A DNA stretch of 14,852 nucleotides from UHGV virus genome UHGV-1731069, one strand, 5' to 3'. The translations under genes and the position numbers were made by a program. Positions 1 through 9,275 of the stretch are shown piece after piece. The stretch's first letter is position 1. Each line of letters starts with the position of its first letter. The notes beneath the pieces were generated by a model. It did not search any database and was not told the origin of the DNA. It saw nothing but the letters and a program-made list of their open reading frames with translations. This stretch comes from a virus.

Positions 1-566
1 CCTATTTTGAATCGGGAGTCAGAATTCATAAAACCTGAGTTAGATAACATTGGCGTCCCACCACTAGATGTACTTCCTTTAGAGAACGGACTCCACGTCC
101 CACCAAACATCTGGTACGCACCGTATGCCTTCAGAGGCGCAGTGAGCAATGTTGTTGCTGCTCCCACATTCCCCTGTTTACGGGCTGAACTGGCTTCTGC
201 TTTATAGTTGGCAGCCTGAACCTGATAACCGTAAGCCTCGCGTTGCGCGTTATTCACCGTCGTCAGCGAATCAAGAGCGCCAAACTGGGCAGTGTCGCCA
301 AATATATCCAGCGCGTTACCTGTAGATAAATCAGCGCCGGTAGCCCCCATTGTCGCCGCCTGTGTACCAAGCCGCTGTCGGGTCTCTCTGCGTCGTTGCT
401 CAGCTTCAGCGTTACCTCTGTTTATTGCATCATTTGCCTGAGCAGTGGCTATATCTGCGTTCGCTTCTGCAACCTTCGAGGCATACTTTCCCTGTTGGTA
501 CTGGGTGTATGCCTGAATGCCACTCATGGCGAGCATTGCACCACCAGCAATAACCGGATCGCACAT
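1..566 (-). CDS. Internal virion protein, N-terminal part (T7 gp14-like by recollection); truncated by window edge
   Basis: Minus-strand ATG at 566..564 overlaps the TAA stop of the upstream gene (TAATG) with GGAGA 8 nt upstream. I translated the frame by hand: 188 codons with no stop to position 1 (MCDPVIAGGAMLAMSGIQAYTQYQQGKYASKVAEANADIATAQ...). Absent from the ORF track because it has no stop in the window. Ala/Gln-rich with an MC start, like podovirus internal virion protein B; fits gene order after the tail tubular genes. Confidence 0.5.
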   Translation of the reverse strand, partial: MCDPVIAGGAMLAMSGIQAYTQYQQGKYASKVAEANADIATAQANDAINRGNAEAEQRRRETRQRLGTQAATMGATGADLSTGNALDIFGDTAQFGALDSLTTVNNAQREAYGYQVQAANYKAEASSARKQGNVGAATTLLTAPLKAYGAYQMFGGTWSPFSKGSTSSGGTPMLSNSGFMNSDSRFKI

Positions 567-1030
567 TATTTTCTCTCCATGTGAAATCTGTGGAAATTAA
601 GACCAAGAGCACCATAAGGCGCGGCTTCTTCAAGCCTGAATCCAAGCCAGTGCAGCCATGCTTTGGCAACATGGTTTCGCTCGTCGACGTAGTTTTCCAG
701 GCGCGGATAAACTGCCAGCATCTGCTGCAATACAGGGCGGCAGTGGCGCAGAAATGTCTTCTGATATTTTTCAATACGGCTGGTTCCGACCAGCCAGGGT
801 GTACCATTGCCACCGATCATTGACGCCGGAGATACACCAAACATGGTTACCAGTTCTCCGTTCGCGAACCCTGACCAGGCCATAGTCGCAGTGCGAAGAC
901 CAACACGCAGCGCATCTTCGGTAGTCATCAGCGATACCGCATACAGTTCGTCAATATCAGCCTGACGAACATCCGGCAAAATCATCTGAAGATGCTCTTC
1001 GGTGGCGGGAATAATTCGAACATCGATCAT
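566..1030 (-). CDS. Hypothetical virion-module protein (positional equivalent of podovirus internal virion protein A)
   Basis: 154-aa ORF with ATG start at 1030 overlapping the upstream stop (ATGA), and its own stop overlapping the next start. The product is not recognisable from sequence; the call rests on position and translational coupling. Confidence 0.5.
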   Translation of the reverse strand: MIDVRIIPATEEHLQMILPDVRQADIDELYAVSLMTTEDALRVGLRTATMAWSGFANGELVTMFGVSPASMIGGNGTPWLVGTSRIEKYQKTFLRHCRPVLQQMLAVYPRLENYVDERNHVAKAWLHWLGFRLEEAAPYGALGLNFHRFHMERK

Positions 1031-3501
1031 CAGAATCCCCCAACAGTAAGACGAGGAATAACGGCAAGAACAGACAGCGGCAACGGATCGAGCTGACGGA
1101 TTTTTACACGTCCGTTTTTGCCCCAGTTACTGTCCAGTTTCACTTCTACTTTTCCGGTAGCGTCATCAACAGGATCATCGTAGAACTCGAATTCACGCTG
1201 TGGATATTCGTACCATTTACCGCCGGGCGTAGTCGCCCAGATGCCGCGACTGGCATTCACAACAAGAGTAACGGACGGGATCACCTGTTTTTTGTCCAGC
1301 AGCGTTTCCTGTCCGTTAATGTTGATATCCAGTGTTTCGAATTCAGCAGTTATTGGCAGGCCGATGTGCACAACAGCCCCAGGTGATTCCAGCGTGACGG
1401 CACCTCCGGAAACCACTTTCTGTGGTTCCACGTTCGCATCAGAGAGAATGTTTACGGTCTGGCCTTCAAGATGAGACAGGCCTCCAAATGTCCGGCGCGC
1501 CATCTGCCAGTACGTGGTGGCCACATTCCTGAGGGATGGCGGGACGTTCCTGTTAGCACGAACCACTACAGCGGTATTGCTGGTTACAGAAATAATGTCG
1601 CAACGTAATTCTTTTGACACCTCATCGCCAGTATCAGGAGCAGTTCCGGTATAAGGGAACTGTAGTTGCGCGCCGACATCACTACTGGTGAAGTACGCAC
1701 CACCAGAAACACTGATTGTATATTCCGCACGGTAATCCCATTCACCAGAACCACCAGTGATGGTCATCGTTCTGTCAGACGTATTTCTTCCATCATAGCT
1801 AAGGCCAGAATCAACAAAGAAAGCATCTTCATCGCTGGTAAATAAACGGCTGGACAGTCGCTCTATGTATCTCACTGTTTGCCCGTTAACGGTTCGGTTA
1901 ACGACGAAATACACCGCATCTTCATTGCCTTCGCTGATACTGCATGTGCTTTCATATTTTCCGGTACTGGATTGTGGTGCCCATGCAAAAACCTGCTGAT
2001 CACGCAAATAGGTCATCACCAGTAATTTACCGTCATCACGAATGCAGAAGGCGCTGGAGTAAGGGACAATCGAGAAGCACCAGTCAACAATGCTGTGCTT
2101 CTGAAAAAGATGATTGGCAAGGATGGTCAGGTCGTTCCCCTGATAGCCGTCAACATCGAATGAGTAGGCCAGATCACGGACAACACTGCCTTTCTCCTGG
2201 ACGAACAGAGCAATATTCGCCACGGCAATTGGTGGGACATTGCTCGAGCCATTTGATCCCTGAGAGCTGAATGCAAATGATGATGGGGTTAATACTTTGT
2301 TCTGGTCGCCGGTGATGACGTACTCACCTCCGGAAGTCAGCGCCACCAGCGAACCAACATCAATCAGGTGGCGGATCTCATTAACCTGACGCCCGGCATA
2401 GGTGTAGATAATTCTGTCGTCATCCTGCGTAGGATTGCTTTTGCCAAAATCCTTATAATCCCCAGTACGGCTGGCCCAGATAGTCTGAGGGAATGCTGTC
2501 GATGCGGCGAAGTAAAGACGTTGTTGATAATAAACAACAGTGCCAGGATAACCGTTAACACTATTCCAGGCATATTTAGCCCATTTATAGCTGGCATTAT
2601 CCTCGCCAACTACCTGCGAAGGGATATAGGAAATCACCTCAGCAGTTGCAGTAGTTCCATTTGCAGCAGAGATACGGGCAATGCCAAAACCACTGTGCAG
2701 ATACTCCCACTCAATGCCAGTATCATCATCACCGGATCCACCCCAGCCATCCCATGATGTGCCTTCTGTATGCGAAGGGCGCAAAGTGCCTGTTTTGCCT
2801 GCTGTAACGGCGCGATAGTAGTTACTGTCTGCACGGCGAATATCGCCAATCGACGTACTCTTACTGGTTTCCCATACCGGCACTGAATCCACTGCAGGCT
2901 GTTCCAGATAGAACAATTTGCCTACCTGCTCCGCGCCAAAAATAGAGGCGCTTGCCGTTAACGTAATTGTCCCGGTGCTGGCGCTGGCATAAACCGTCAC
3001 TGACTCGTCAATATTGATATCTTCAAATGGCCCGTTCTTCGTTACCACATCAACCAGTTGCCAGTTGTCATGCGCATAGCGGCGCAACTCTTTCGGCTGG
3101 TATGCCGGGTGAACCAGCGTAAGCACGTCGGCGCTTTGCGTGAATTTAATTCGGAACAGATCGGCTTCAGTATATGGCGTGGCAATTTCATAAATAACAT
3201 TGCTGCTGTTCAGCACCAACGCACCATCTTTGATAACGCGCATGTACTGGTGTCCGAACTCCAGAGCATAGGTCTGAACCGTCGAGAACTGGAACGGGAT
3301 CAGGCGGCATTTCCGATTTGGGTATTTGGCGGCACCGACAAAACGCGTACCAGGTCGATTCTCAACGCCGCCATACTGCCGCACGATAAAGTTATCGCAC
3401 TTGCGCAATGCCACCTGGTACTTCGCCATGTCGATACGACCGTACAACGACGGTCCAATCTCACCACCGGCAAAGCTGGGCTGGATCCAACTGATAGCCA
3501 T
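1030..3501 (-). CDS. Tail tubular protein B-like (T7 gp12-type) large tail protein
   Basis: 823-aa ORF, ATGA-coupled to neighbours on both sides. N-terminus MAISWIQPSFAGGEIGPSLYGR resembles the gp12-type N-terminal motif as I recall it; size and position immediately after the adaptor-like gene fit. Confidence 0.55.
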   Translation of the reverse strand: MAISWIQPSFAGGEIGPSLYGRIDMAKYQVALRKCDNFIVRQYGGVENRPGTRFVGAAKYPNRKCRLIPFQFSTVQTYALEFGHQYMRVIKDGALVLNSSNVIYEIATPYTEADLFRIKFTQSADVLTLVHPAYQPKELRRYAHDNWQLVDVVTKNGPFEDINIDESVTVYASASTGTITLTASASIFGAEQVGKLFYLEQPAVDSVPVWETSKSTSIGDIRRADSNYYRAVTAGKTGTLRPSHTEGTSWDGWGGSGDDDTGIEWEYLHSGFGIARISAANGTTATAEVISYIPSQVVGEDNASYKWAKYAWNSVNGYPGTVVYYQQRLYFAASTAFPQTIWASRTGDYKDFGKSNPTQDDDRIIYTYAGRQVNEIRHLIDVGSLVALTSGGEYVITGDQNKVLTPSSFAFSSQGSNGSSNVPPIAVANIALFVQEKGSVVRDLAYSFDVDGYQGNDLTILANHLFQKHSIVDWCFSIVPYSSAFCIRDDGKLLVMTYLRDQQVFAWAPQSSTGKYESTCSISEGNEDAVYFVVNRTVNGQTVRYIERLSSRLFTSDEDAFFVDSGLSYDGRNTSDRTMTITGGSGEWDYRAEYTISVSGGAYFTSSDVGAQLQFPYTGTAPDTGDEVSKELRCDIISVTSNTAVVVRANRNVPPSLRNVATTYWQMARRTFGGLSHLEGQTVNILSDANVEPQKVVSGGAVTLESPGAVVHIGLPITAEFETLDININGQETLLDKKQVIPSVTLVVNASRGIWATTPGGKWYEYPQREFEFYDDPVDDATGKVEVKLDSNWGKNGRVKIRQLDPLPLSVLAVIPRLTVGGF

Positions 3502-4106
3502 CAGGACAACCTCGCAATGGTAAACTCGTCAACCGGTGGCTGTGGTTCCTGTGATTCATTCTGGCTATGCGAGCCAGCACTAAGAATCACGCGATTGTAC
3601 ATATTGAGGGCAAACGTACCGAGGTCTGCATTCCCAGTCAGCGCCATGTTAATAGCTGCCGCAAGACGCCAGGCCAACGCCTCCATAAAAATGGCATCAA
3701 ACATGTTCACATCTGAAACGCGAGAGACATACTTGAGCCATGCCTGCGGCTGGTCTGTGTAGATCAACTTTCCTGTTCCGTTGGTGTCTGCACCAACTTC
3801 GTACTGAACGCGCATTGCTGCTGTTGGATTGCGTACACCAGGAAGCATAATTTCAGTAATGCGCAGACAATCAGACGGGTACTGGTACGCATATTCCCAG
3901 TCAGGCGGTGGATTGCTCGTATCTGCAAGCGCCACGCGTTTGGTAGCAAAGTTCCAGTCAAAATCAGAAAGCACAGCATCACGGCAGGCCTCAAAGTGCA
4001 GCGAACATTCCCCCGCTTCCTTGCTGGCTTCCGTCAGGCTGTTAATGCTGCGGCTGTTGCCAATATTGGACAGCGCACGATTGCAGATCTCTACTACAGA
4101 GGCCAT
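3501..4106 (-). CDS. Head-tail adaptor / tail tubular protein A-like (T7 gp11-type)
   Basis: 201-aa ORF with ATG at 4106 overlapping the upstream stop. N-terminal ICNRALSNIGNSRSINSLTE is reminiscent of the gp11-type adaptor N-terminus; size about 200 aa and position directly before the large tail tube gene. Confidence 0.5.
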   Translation of the reverse strand: MASVVEICNRALSNIGNSRSINSLTEASKEAGECSLHFEACRDAVLSDFDWNFATKRVALADTSNPPPDWEYAYQYPSDCLRITEIMLPGVRNPTAAMRVQYEVGADTNGTGKLIYTDQPQAWLKYVSRVSDVNMFDAIFMEALAWRLAAAINMALTGNADLGTFALNMYNRVILSAGSHSQNESQEPQPPVDEFTIARLS

Positions 4107-4429
4107 TACTCACCCCCATTGCCGTACAGAGTTTCAGCCGCTGATTTTTCTACATCACCGGAAACAGGAGCGATTGCCATATCAGTGATCTGCAGATCGG
4201 CGCTGCGATTAACGCCATCGTCAGTTTCTCTGGCAGACAGGCCTCGAATAACAGCCTTTGCAGTTATCATCACTTCTGTTCCGACGCCCTGAGGTTGCGC
4301 CTTCAGCTTATTCAATGTGTCGTTATTCAGCGTGATGCACAGCCCCCATGGGTATTCATCGCGAGTTCTGGTTTCTCCGCTCTCATCCTGGTAGCTGTCA
4401 GTGCCGGTTTTGAGGTTTACGAGTTCCAT
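4106..4429 (-). CDS. Hypothetical phage protein
   Basis: The ORF track starts at GTG 4435, but the ATG at 4429 has AGGAG 5 nt upstream. Sits just after a terminator-like hairpin; stop overlaps the next start. Confidence 0.5.
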   Translation of the reverse strand: MELVNLKTGTDSYQDESGETRTRDEYPWGLCITLNNDTLNKLKAQPQGVGTEVMITAKAVIRGLSARETDDGVNRSADLQITDMAIAPVSGDVEKSAAETLYGNGGE

Positions 4430-4445
4430 ATACACTCCTGCAATA

Positions 4446-4463
4446 AAGGGGCCGAAGCCCCTT
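4446..4463 (-). terminator. GC-rich hairpin with UUCG tetraloop and short U-run, likely partial terminator or RNA stabiliser
   Basis: Plus-strand AAGGGGC-cgaa-GCCCCTT. In the minus-strand transcript this is a 7-bp stem with UUCG loop followed by UUUAUUG, lying between the stop at 4480 and the next SD. Confidence 0.4.
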
Positions 4464-4479
4464 GTCTGATTCGCGAGGC

Positions 4480-4815
4480 TTACACGCCCAGTTCTTTACG
4501 CTTATCTGCGATCTTCTCGCGGAGCGTTTCAGCTTTGGCGTTATGGTGTGGCTTCTCGTTAAAGAGCAATTCGTACTCTTCACGGAGCTTATCCAGTTCA
4601 CCATCATCTGACACATCGTTGATGATTTTGGTGCTGGTTGCTGCCATTGACACCTTTCCTGCAACTTTTGCTTTTGCCTGTCTGGCTGCATCGTTAACAG
4701 GTTCCAGTGCGCTACCAGGCTCACCTTCGTATTCGATTTCTGCCCCCTCCGGCCACAGAGTGTTATGGATATGAGAGAGGCGCAGAACGCGGTATCTTGG
4801 TTTCTCACCTGACAT
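4480..4815 (-). CDS. Hypothetical phage protein
   Basis: The ORF track starts at GTG 4824, but the ATG at 4815 is preceded by AAGGTGA with a 5-nt spacer. Lys/Glu-rich C-terminus; no recognisable family. Confidence 0.5.
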   Translation of the reverse strand: MSGEKPRYRVLRLSHIHNTLWPEGAEIEYEGEPGSALEPVNDAARQAKAKVAGKVSMAATSTKIINDVSDDGELDKLREEYELLFNEKPHHNAKAETLREKIADKRKELGV

Positions 4816-4825
4816 CGATATCACC

Positions 4826-5263
4826 TTAACCAGTTACTTTTGAGCGGATCGGATACGGCGTATTGGCATCAACATCAAGACTGATACCAGCAGTGAATTC
4901 GCCAGCCGTTAGTGGGCCAGTTGCGACGGAGTAGTTAACACGCAGATATCGCTGAACACCGGCAGGCACCTTTGCAGAAACAACTCGTTTACCTGCTGTC
5001 AGGGCGGTCTTTGCCAGTGCGCCACTATCATAAATAGTGGTCCATGAGCTGTTATCCTCACTCGTCTGCAACTGGATGTTTACAGTTGCATCACCGCTTG
5101 CCGCGGCGGCTGTGTTAACCAGCGCCCAAAACTCAAGCGGGTAACCCACGCCGATATCACGACGTTTTCCGTCAATTGGACCGAGATCGATTACGTCAGT
5201 AGAAGCCGCGGTATTCGTAACCGCCTGAGCTTCGGAGAACATCAACAGTTTGTCGGTGATCAT
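4826..5263 (-). CDS. Hypothetical virion protein, possibly a capsid accessory or decoration protein
   Basis: 145-aa ORF immediately downstream of the major capsid gene, ATG at 5263 with GGAG 8 nt upstream. Gly/Ala/Thr/Val-rich, beta-rich-looking composition. Function is inferred from position only. Confidence 0.45.
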   Translation of the reverse strand: MITDKLLMFSEAQAVTNTAASTDVIDLGPIDGKRRDIGVGYPLEFWALVNTAAAASGDATVNIQLQTSEDNSSWTTIYDSGALAKTALTAGKRVVSAKVPAGVQRYLRVNYSVATGPLTAGEFTAGISLDVDANTPYPIRSKVTG

Positions 5264-5278
5264 CTTCTTTCTCCATTA

Positions 5279-5298
5279 GTGGGTCTGTTACGACCCAC
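5279..5298 (-). promoter_or_regulatory. Perfect 7-bp stem-loop between the capsid gene and the next gene
   Basis: GTGGGTC-tgttac-GACCCAC; in the minus transcript it lies between the capsid stop (5315) and the SD of the next gene, with no U-tract. Looks like an mRNA stability or attenuation hairpin rather than a full terminator. Confidence 0.35.
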
Positions 5299-5314
5299 AG
5301 GTTAATAACAGGCG

Positions 5315-6301
5315 TTACACCACGCGGGCTTCTGTTTCCAGAAGCGCATCAGTCTCACGGATTGGTACACCACGGAATGAAGTCCACCACTCGCCTTCTG
5401 TCTCTTTTACGCTGATCGCCAGAGATGTTTTCTCCAGAGATTGCAGATCAAGAGCCTGGCCTACAGTGCGGTTCATGTAGAACACCGGGCGGCCCATGCC
5501 ACGGTTTGGAATGCGATGCAGTGCTTTAACCATCAACTTCGCAATATTTGCTGCAGAGGAAGGTTCTGAAAGATTGCTGACATCGATGTTTGCAATGCGA
5601 ACAACATAACGCCAGTCACGGAGAGCAAGCCCGTTGTCCCATTTGTAATGGGTACGGTAGCCTTCGTACTTGCCGCCATTCGCATCTTCCAGTGTCACCT
5701 GGCCTTTATCTTCCATCTGGATGCCAGCCTTCTGCCCTTTCGGGAAGATGCCATGCACGGTGTTTTCGCCCCACACCACTAACCAGATTGAGGTGTTATC
5801 TGTACCCGTGCCACCAGCATCAATGATGTTCTGAGCATTACCCGCAGACAGGCTGGAATAGCGGGAGGACAGTCCCATAAACTGCTGAGGGTTAACGCTG
5901 GAATCACCATAAAACAGCGTCTGCGCCATCTGCTGATTCATCGCTTCAATAAATGCGCGGTCTTCAGACAGGCGGAATTCGGCGGTATTGCCGTTCAGAT
6001 CAGCCAGTGACTTATCGACTTCAGCATAGGTTTCCAGCATGCCAACGGAATCGGTTACCTGCACTGTGGTTGATTTGCTTGGCTGTACGCCATAGTTCAG
6101 CAAACGCCAGGTAGCTGAAGGTAAACCAGAACGAATGGTGGTTCGGTGTCCGGTAGGAAGGTTCCCTTCGACAAAAGGCATATCCTGAAGGATCGGGTTA
6201 GTTTGACCGAGAAGCTCGATAATCTTATCGACTTTCCCGTTTGGATCGACGCGCTTACCCCAGTCAGCCAGCGTTAGCGCAGTTAAGCCTTTAACAGCCA
6301 T
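5315..6301 (-). CDS. Major capsid protein
   Basis: About 330 aa, directly after the scaffold gene in the usual portal-scaffold-capsid order. The ORF track begins at ATG 6307, but GAGG lies only 2 nt upstream of it; the ATG at 6301 has about 8-nt spacing and is the more likely start. Confidence 0.7.
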   Translation of the reverse strand: MAVKGLTALTLADWGKRVDPNGKVDKIIELLGQTNPILQDMPFVEGNLPTGHRTTIRSGLPSATWRLLNYGVQPSKSTTVQVTDSVGMLETYAEVDKSLADLNGNTAEFRLSEDRAFIEAMNQQMAQTLFYGDSSVNPQQFMGLSSRYSSLSAGNAQNIIDAGGTGTDNTSIWLVVWGENTVHGIFPKGQKAGIQMEDKGQVTLEDANGGKYEGYRTHYKWDNGLALRDWRYVVRIANIDVSNLSEPSSAANIAKLMVKALHRIPNRGMGRPVFYMNRTVGQALDLQSLEKTSLAISVKETEGEWWTSFRGVPIRETDALLETEARVV

Positions 6302-6315
6302 TGTCATTTCCTCTC

Positions 6316-7011
6316 TTATTTGCCATAGAGCACTTCGGCCGCACTACGCTGGCCTTCATTACCACCGGTGACCATGCCATCTTCAGACATCGCCTTTCCG
6401 ATTTTCACGAACGTCTTGACCAGATCAGGGTGATTACCCAGTCCGGTGGTGTTCAGATATTCTTTGAGCTCAGGTGTCCCGAACTGGTCAAGCGCACGCT
6501 GCGCGGCGCTAAGGTTAGAAATCAACTTGTCGCCACCGATTTCTTTGTCAGCTTTTACATCAGCAGCCCACTGCTCGGTTGTTTTCTGCCAGGCTTCTGC
6601 CTGGCGCTGCTGAACACCTGCCAGAATCTTCGGATAAGCATCAACCAGCTTTTGCGCTTGCTCGTTGGTCAGGTTTAGTTCTCGCGCCACCGGCTCGAAT
6701 TCCTTCAACGCTTCTGTATCCAGCTCTACGCCTTCGGCAGCCTGAAACTCGTACTTCTCAGGCGCACCCTCTGGTTCATCGCCGTCCTTTTTTTCATCCT
6801 GCTTATCGTTTTCAGGCTTTTTGTCAGCAGCAGGTTTATCGCCATCAGCAACAGGTTGTGGCTTATCACCTTCCTGTTGTGATGGATCACCAACTGGAGC
6901 AGGGTTATCACCTGCAGGCGCTGACGGTTCTGACGCAGCCGGAGCTGCTCCACCATCGACTGGTTGCTCATTGCAAAGACGGCTATACAGCAAACGCTCA
7001 AATAAATTCAT
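6316..7011 (-). CDS. Scaffolding protein
   Basis: Acidic, low-complexity, Pro/Ala/Asp/Glu/Lys-rich protein between portal and capsid genes. The ORF track starts at GTG 7017; the ATG at 7011 has AGGAG with a 5-nt spacer. Confidence 0.6.
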   Translation of the reverse strand: MNLFERLLYSRLCNEQPVDGGAAPAASEPSAPAGDNPAPVGDPSQQEGDKPQPVADGDKPAADKKPENDKQDEKKDGDEPEGAPEKYEFQAAEGVELDTEALKEFEPVARELNLTNEQAQKLVDAYPKILAGVQQRQAEAWQKTTEQWAADVKADKEIGGDKLISNLSAAQRALDQFGTPELKEYLNTTGLGNHPDLVKTFVKIGKAMSEDGMVTGGNEGQRSAAEVLYGK

Positions 7012-7013
7012 GA

Positions 7014-7310
7014 TCACTCCTGTTCACTGGCCTCTTTGGCCATCTTCAAATACTGTTCAGGGCAATGCGCCATAACGCGCTGAAACAGTTCCAGCGCCAG
7101 ATTGCGTTGCCCCTCATTAAATGCCATTGCCATAGCGTCCATCGGCGAGATAGCGGAAAACACACGGCCTTTCTCCAGTACCGACCAGACAACCCGACGC
7201 CCCTGTTCACAGCTCATGACAAAGCGAATGTCATCAATTTCACGCTGTGCCATGTCACGTTGCTTACGGGCGTTTTCTTCTTTCAGTTGATCGTCTTCGT
7301 AATCTGTCAT
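7014..7310 (-). CDS. Hypothetical phage protein between portal and scaffold
   Basis: 98-aa ORF, ATG at 7310 overlapping the portal stop (ATGA), GGGTGGG upstream. No recognisable motif. Confidence 0.5.
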   Translation of the reverse strand: MTDYEDDQLKEENARKQRDMAQREIDDIRFVMSCEQGRRVVWSVLEKGRVFSAISPMDAMAMAFNEGQRNLALELFQRVMAHCPEQYLKMAKEASEQE

Positions 7311-8986
7311 TGTGATTGCCCACCCTGACCACTAACTGCATTCGCCATAGCTGACAAAACACTCGGATCCGAAGTTTTAGCTTCGCTTAGCGTCTTGGCC
7401 CCCTGTGCCGCCGCCATCCCCATCGCCATCATTTGTTGCTGCTGTTGCTGCTGTGCCCGTTGCTGGCGAGCCTGCTCAACCTGTTCCTGCGGAACAATGA
7501 CGGTTGGAGACACTCCGGACATATCAGCGAATGCATCGATCGCCTGATCAACGTTGAGTTTGTCGAGAGCTTCTGGTTTCGCTTGCGCAAGTTGACCAAT
7601 GAAGTTAACCGTGGACGCCAGACTGGACAGGCCGATAGACTTCTGCGCCTGAGCCATGACGGAAATGTATTCGACCTTCAGGGGCATGCCTTCCATCGCG
7701 TCAGGCGGTGGCGGCAGCATGTTTTTACGCACCATCATCGAGAAAGCGCGGTCAATGAGAGGATTAAGACATTCGTCGTTCAGACGCTCCAGAACCGGCC
7801 CCAACATCAGAAGTTTTTCTTCTTTCATTTCGATCACCGCTTCAACAGGCATCGAGCGGGTATTGATGTTCTGCAACATCATGAACAGATCGACAAAGTA
7901 GGCGCTGTTAATGATTTGACGAGTGTCCTGAATGTCTGCCACCAAATCTGCTGTACTGGGGTTAACCAGATAAGCAGGCCTGAAGCCATCCTGACCAGTA
8001 ATCTGATCGATATACGTGATGTCGCCAGGAAGAAGGGAGGCGCGCTGATTCTTGAGGGAAGTCGGAGCAACCATCGGCGGATTGGTGGCTTTATCAATCA
8101 ACTGCGACTTGCGCTTCTGGAGAAGCTGCAATGCCTTAACAGGTCCAAGCGCCAGCATGCCCGGGCATGATGATCCATAAACATCTTCACCGTTAACTTC
8201 CCAGCGCGGAGCCATAATTGGAAACTCATCGAATCCGGACTCACGCAACAACTTGTCGTTATCGCCACCAACCTCGTAATAAACCGATTTGAATGGCTTG
8301 TTCTTGCTATCCAGCTTCGATGTATCGCGGTCAATGTTCGGGTAAACCGAATGCATCACGTCAATCCACTTCTCGTAGATGCCGCTTTCCCACATGCTTT
8401 TTACGGATTCGCTGACGTTATTTAGCCCGAACTCCTGAACAAGCTGACGAACAGTCATAGAGAACTTGCGAAAACAGGTGTCAACACTGCCACGAGGTGA
8501 GTTAGCCAGGTAGTAACTGCCTATCGGGAATGGCATTGTGCGAATGATGTCCTCATCATCCTCCAGTACCGCCATTGCACCGGTGCTGTATGTGCCGAGG
8601 CTTCCGTATAACTGCGGCAGCGACTGATAGAGATTCGACTTATTGAACATATCGTTCATGCGGTTCTGCACCGCCTCAAGCCACAACTTAACAGGGCCAT
8701 AATCCATCATTTCAGGATCTGGCGTAGCCAGGCGAAACCACGGACGCGCGGGGCTTGTGATGCCTGACATCATGCCGCTGGCGAGAGTGCGCGCCGCCAT
8801 AGTCCCGGTCGAATCAATAATGTGTGTATTGCGCCGATCGTTACGGTTGGCCTCAGAAGTCAGAAAGCGGGAACCACGCGGGTTGATGTAATCACTCAAC
8901 TCGCGCCAGTGCGGCTCGAACGACTGACGCTCGCTTTCAAGTTGTGCGAACTGTTTGTTCAATCGCTCTTTAGTTGTTTCCGCCAT
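7307..8986 (-). CDS. Portal (head-tail connector) protein
   Basis: 559-aa ORF, ATG at 8986 with GGAG 8 nt upstream. Size, position after the terminase and a Gln/Met/Ala-rich C-terminal tail (QQQQQQQMMAMGMAAAQGA) resemble the T7 gp8-type connector as I recall it. Confidence 0.75.
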   Translation of the reverse strand: MAETTKERLNKQFAQLESERQSFEPHWRELSDYINPRGSRFLTSEANRNDRRNTHIIDSTGTMAARTLASGMMSGITSPARPWFRLATPDPEMMDYGPVKLWLEAVQNRMNDMFNKSNLYQSLPQLYGSLGTYSTGAMAVLEDDEDIIRTMPFPIGSYYLANSPRGSVDTCFRKFSMTVRQLVQEFGLNNVSESVKSMWESGIYEKWIDVMHSVYPNIDRDTSKLDSKNKPFKSVYYEVGGDNDKLLRESGFDEFPIMAPRWEVNGEDVYGSSCPGMLALGPVKALQLLQKRKSQLIDKATNPPMVAPTSLKNQRASLLPGDITYIDQITGQDGFRPAYLVNPSTADLVADIQDTRQIINSAYFVDLFMMLQNINTRSMPVEAVIEMKEEKLLMLGPVLERLNDECLNPLIDRAFSMMVRKNMLPPPPDAMEGMPLKVEYISVMAQAQKSIGLSSLASTVNFIGQLAQAKPEALDKLNVDQAIDAFADMSGVSPTVIVPQEQVEQARQQRAQQQQQQQMMAMGMAAAQGAKTLSEAKTSDPSVLSAMANAVSGQGGQSQ

Positions 8987-9000
8987 TTCAATGACTCCGG

Positions 9001-9207
9001 TTACTGACCAAGCAGCGTTTTACCGCTGGTATTAGCAGTTGATGTGTCGCCCTGAGAACCGGTAAGCAGCGTAGAACTACGACCAGCAGCAGCGCGACGG
9101 CGACGTGTTTCTTCGTCGCGGGCATCAACAACGGCGGCATCCTGCTCCTGTGGTGCTGCCTGAACTTCTGGTGTTGCAGGCACTGATGGTGAGCTACCCA
9201 TGCACAT
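9001..9207 (-). CDS. Small low-complexity protein upstream of portal (possibly a gp7.3-like virion protein)
   Basis: 68-aa ORF with ATG at 9207. Its translation initiation region (CGGAGTCATTGA then ATG) duplicates the portal's over 12 nt, which supports real translation. Ala/Pro/Gln/Ser/Thr-rich with an RRRR cluster. Confidence 0.4.
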   Translation of the reverse strand: MCMGSSPSVPATPEVQAAPQEQDAAVVDARDEETRRRRAAAGRSSTLLTGSQGDTSTANTSGKTLLGQ

Positions 9208-9275
9208 ATCAATGACTCCGTACGCAATTAAATTATTACCAATTTAACCACATATGATTTATTTATCGTAGGTAG

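Noticed and set aside
350-885. Short ORFs on both strands (62-127 aa)
   Set aside because: They overlap the well-supported minus-strand genes at 1-566 and 566-1030 in other frames.
3058-3762. 234-aa plus-strand ORF
   Set aside because: Antisense to the tail tubular B-like and adaptor-like genes; no independent support.
7433-8170. 245-aa plus-strand ORF
   Set aside because: Lies entirely inside the portal gene on the opposite strand, has no SD and is low-complexity (Leu/Arg-rich); a shadow ORF.
8988-9227. 79-aa minus-strand ORF in an alternative frame to the 68-aa ORF
   Set aside because: His/Leu/Arg-rich shadow-like composition with no SD; the 68-aa frame has the duplicated portal-type initiation region.
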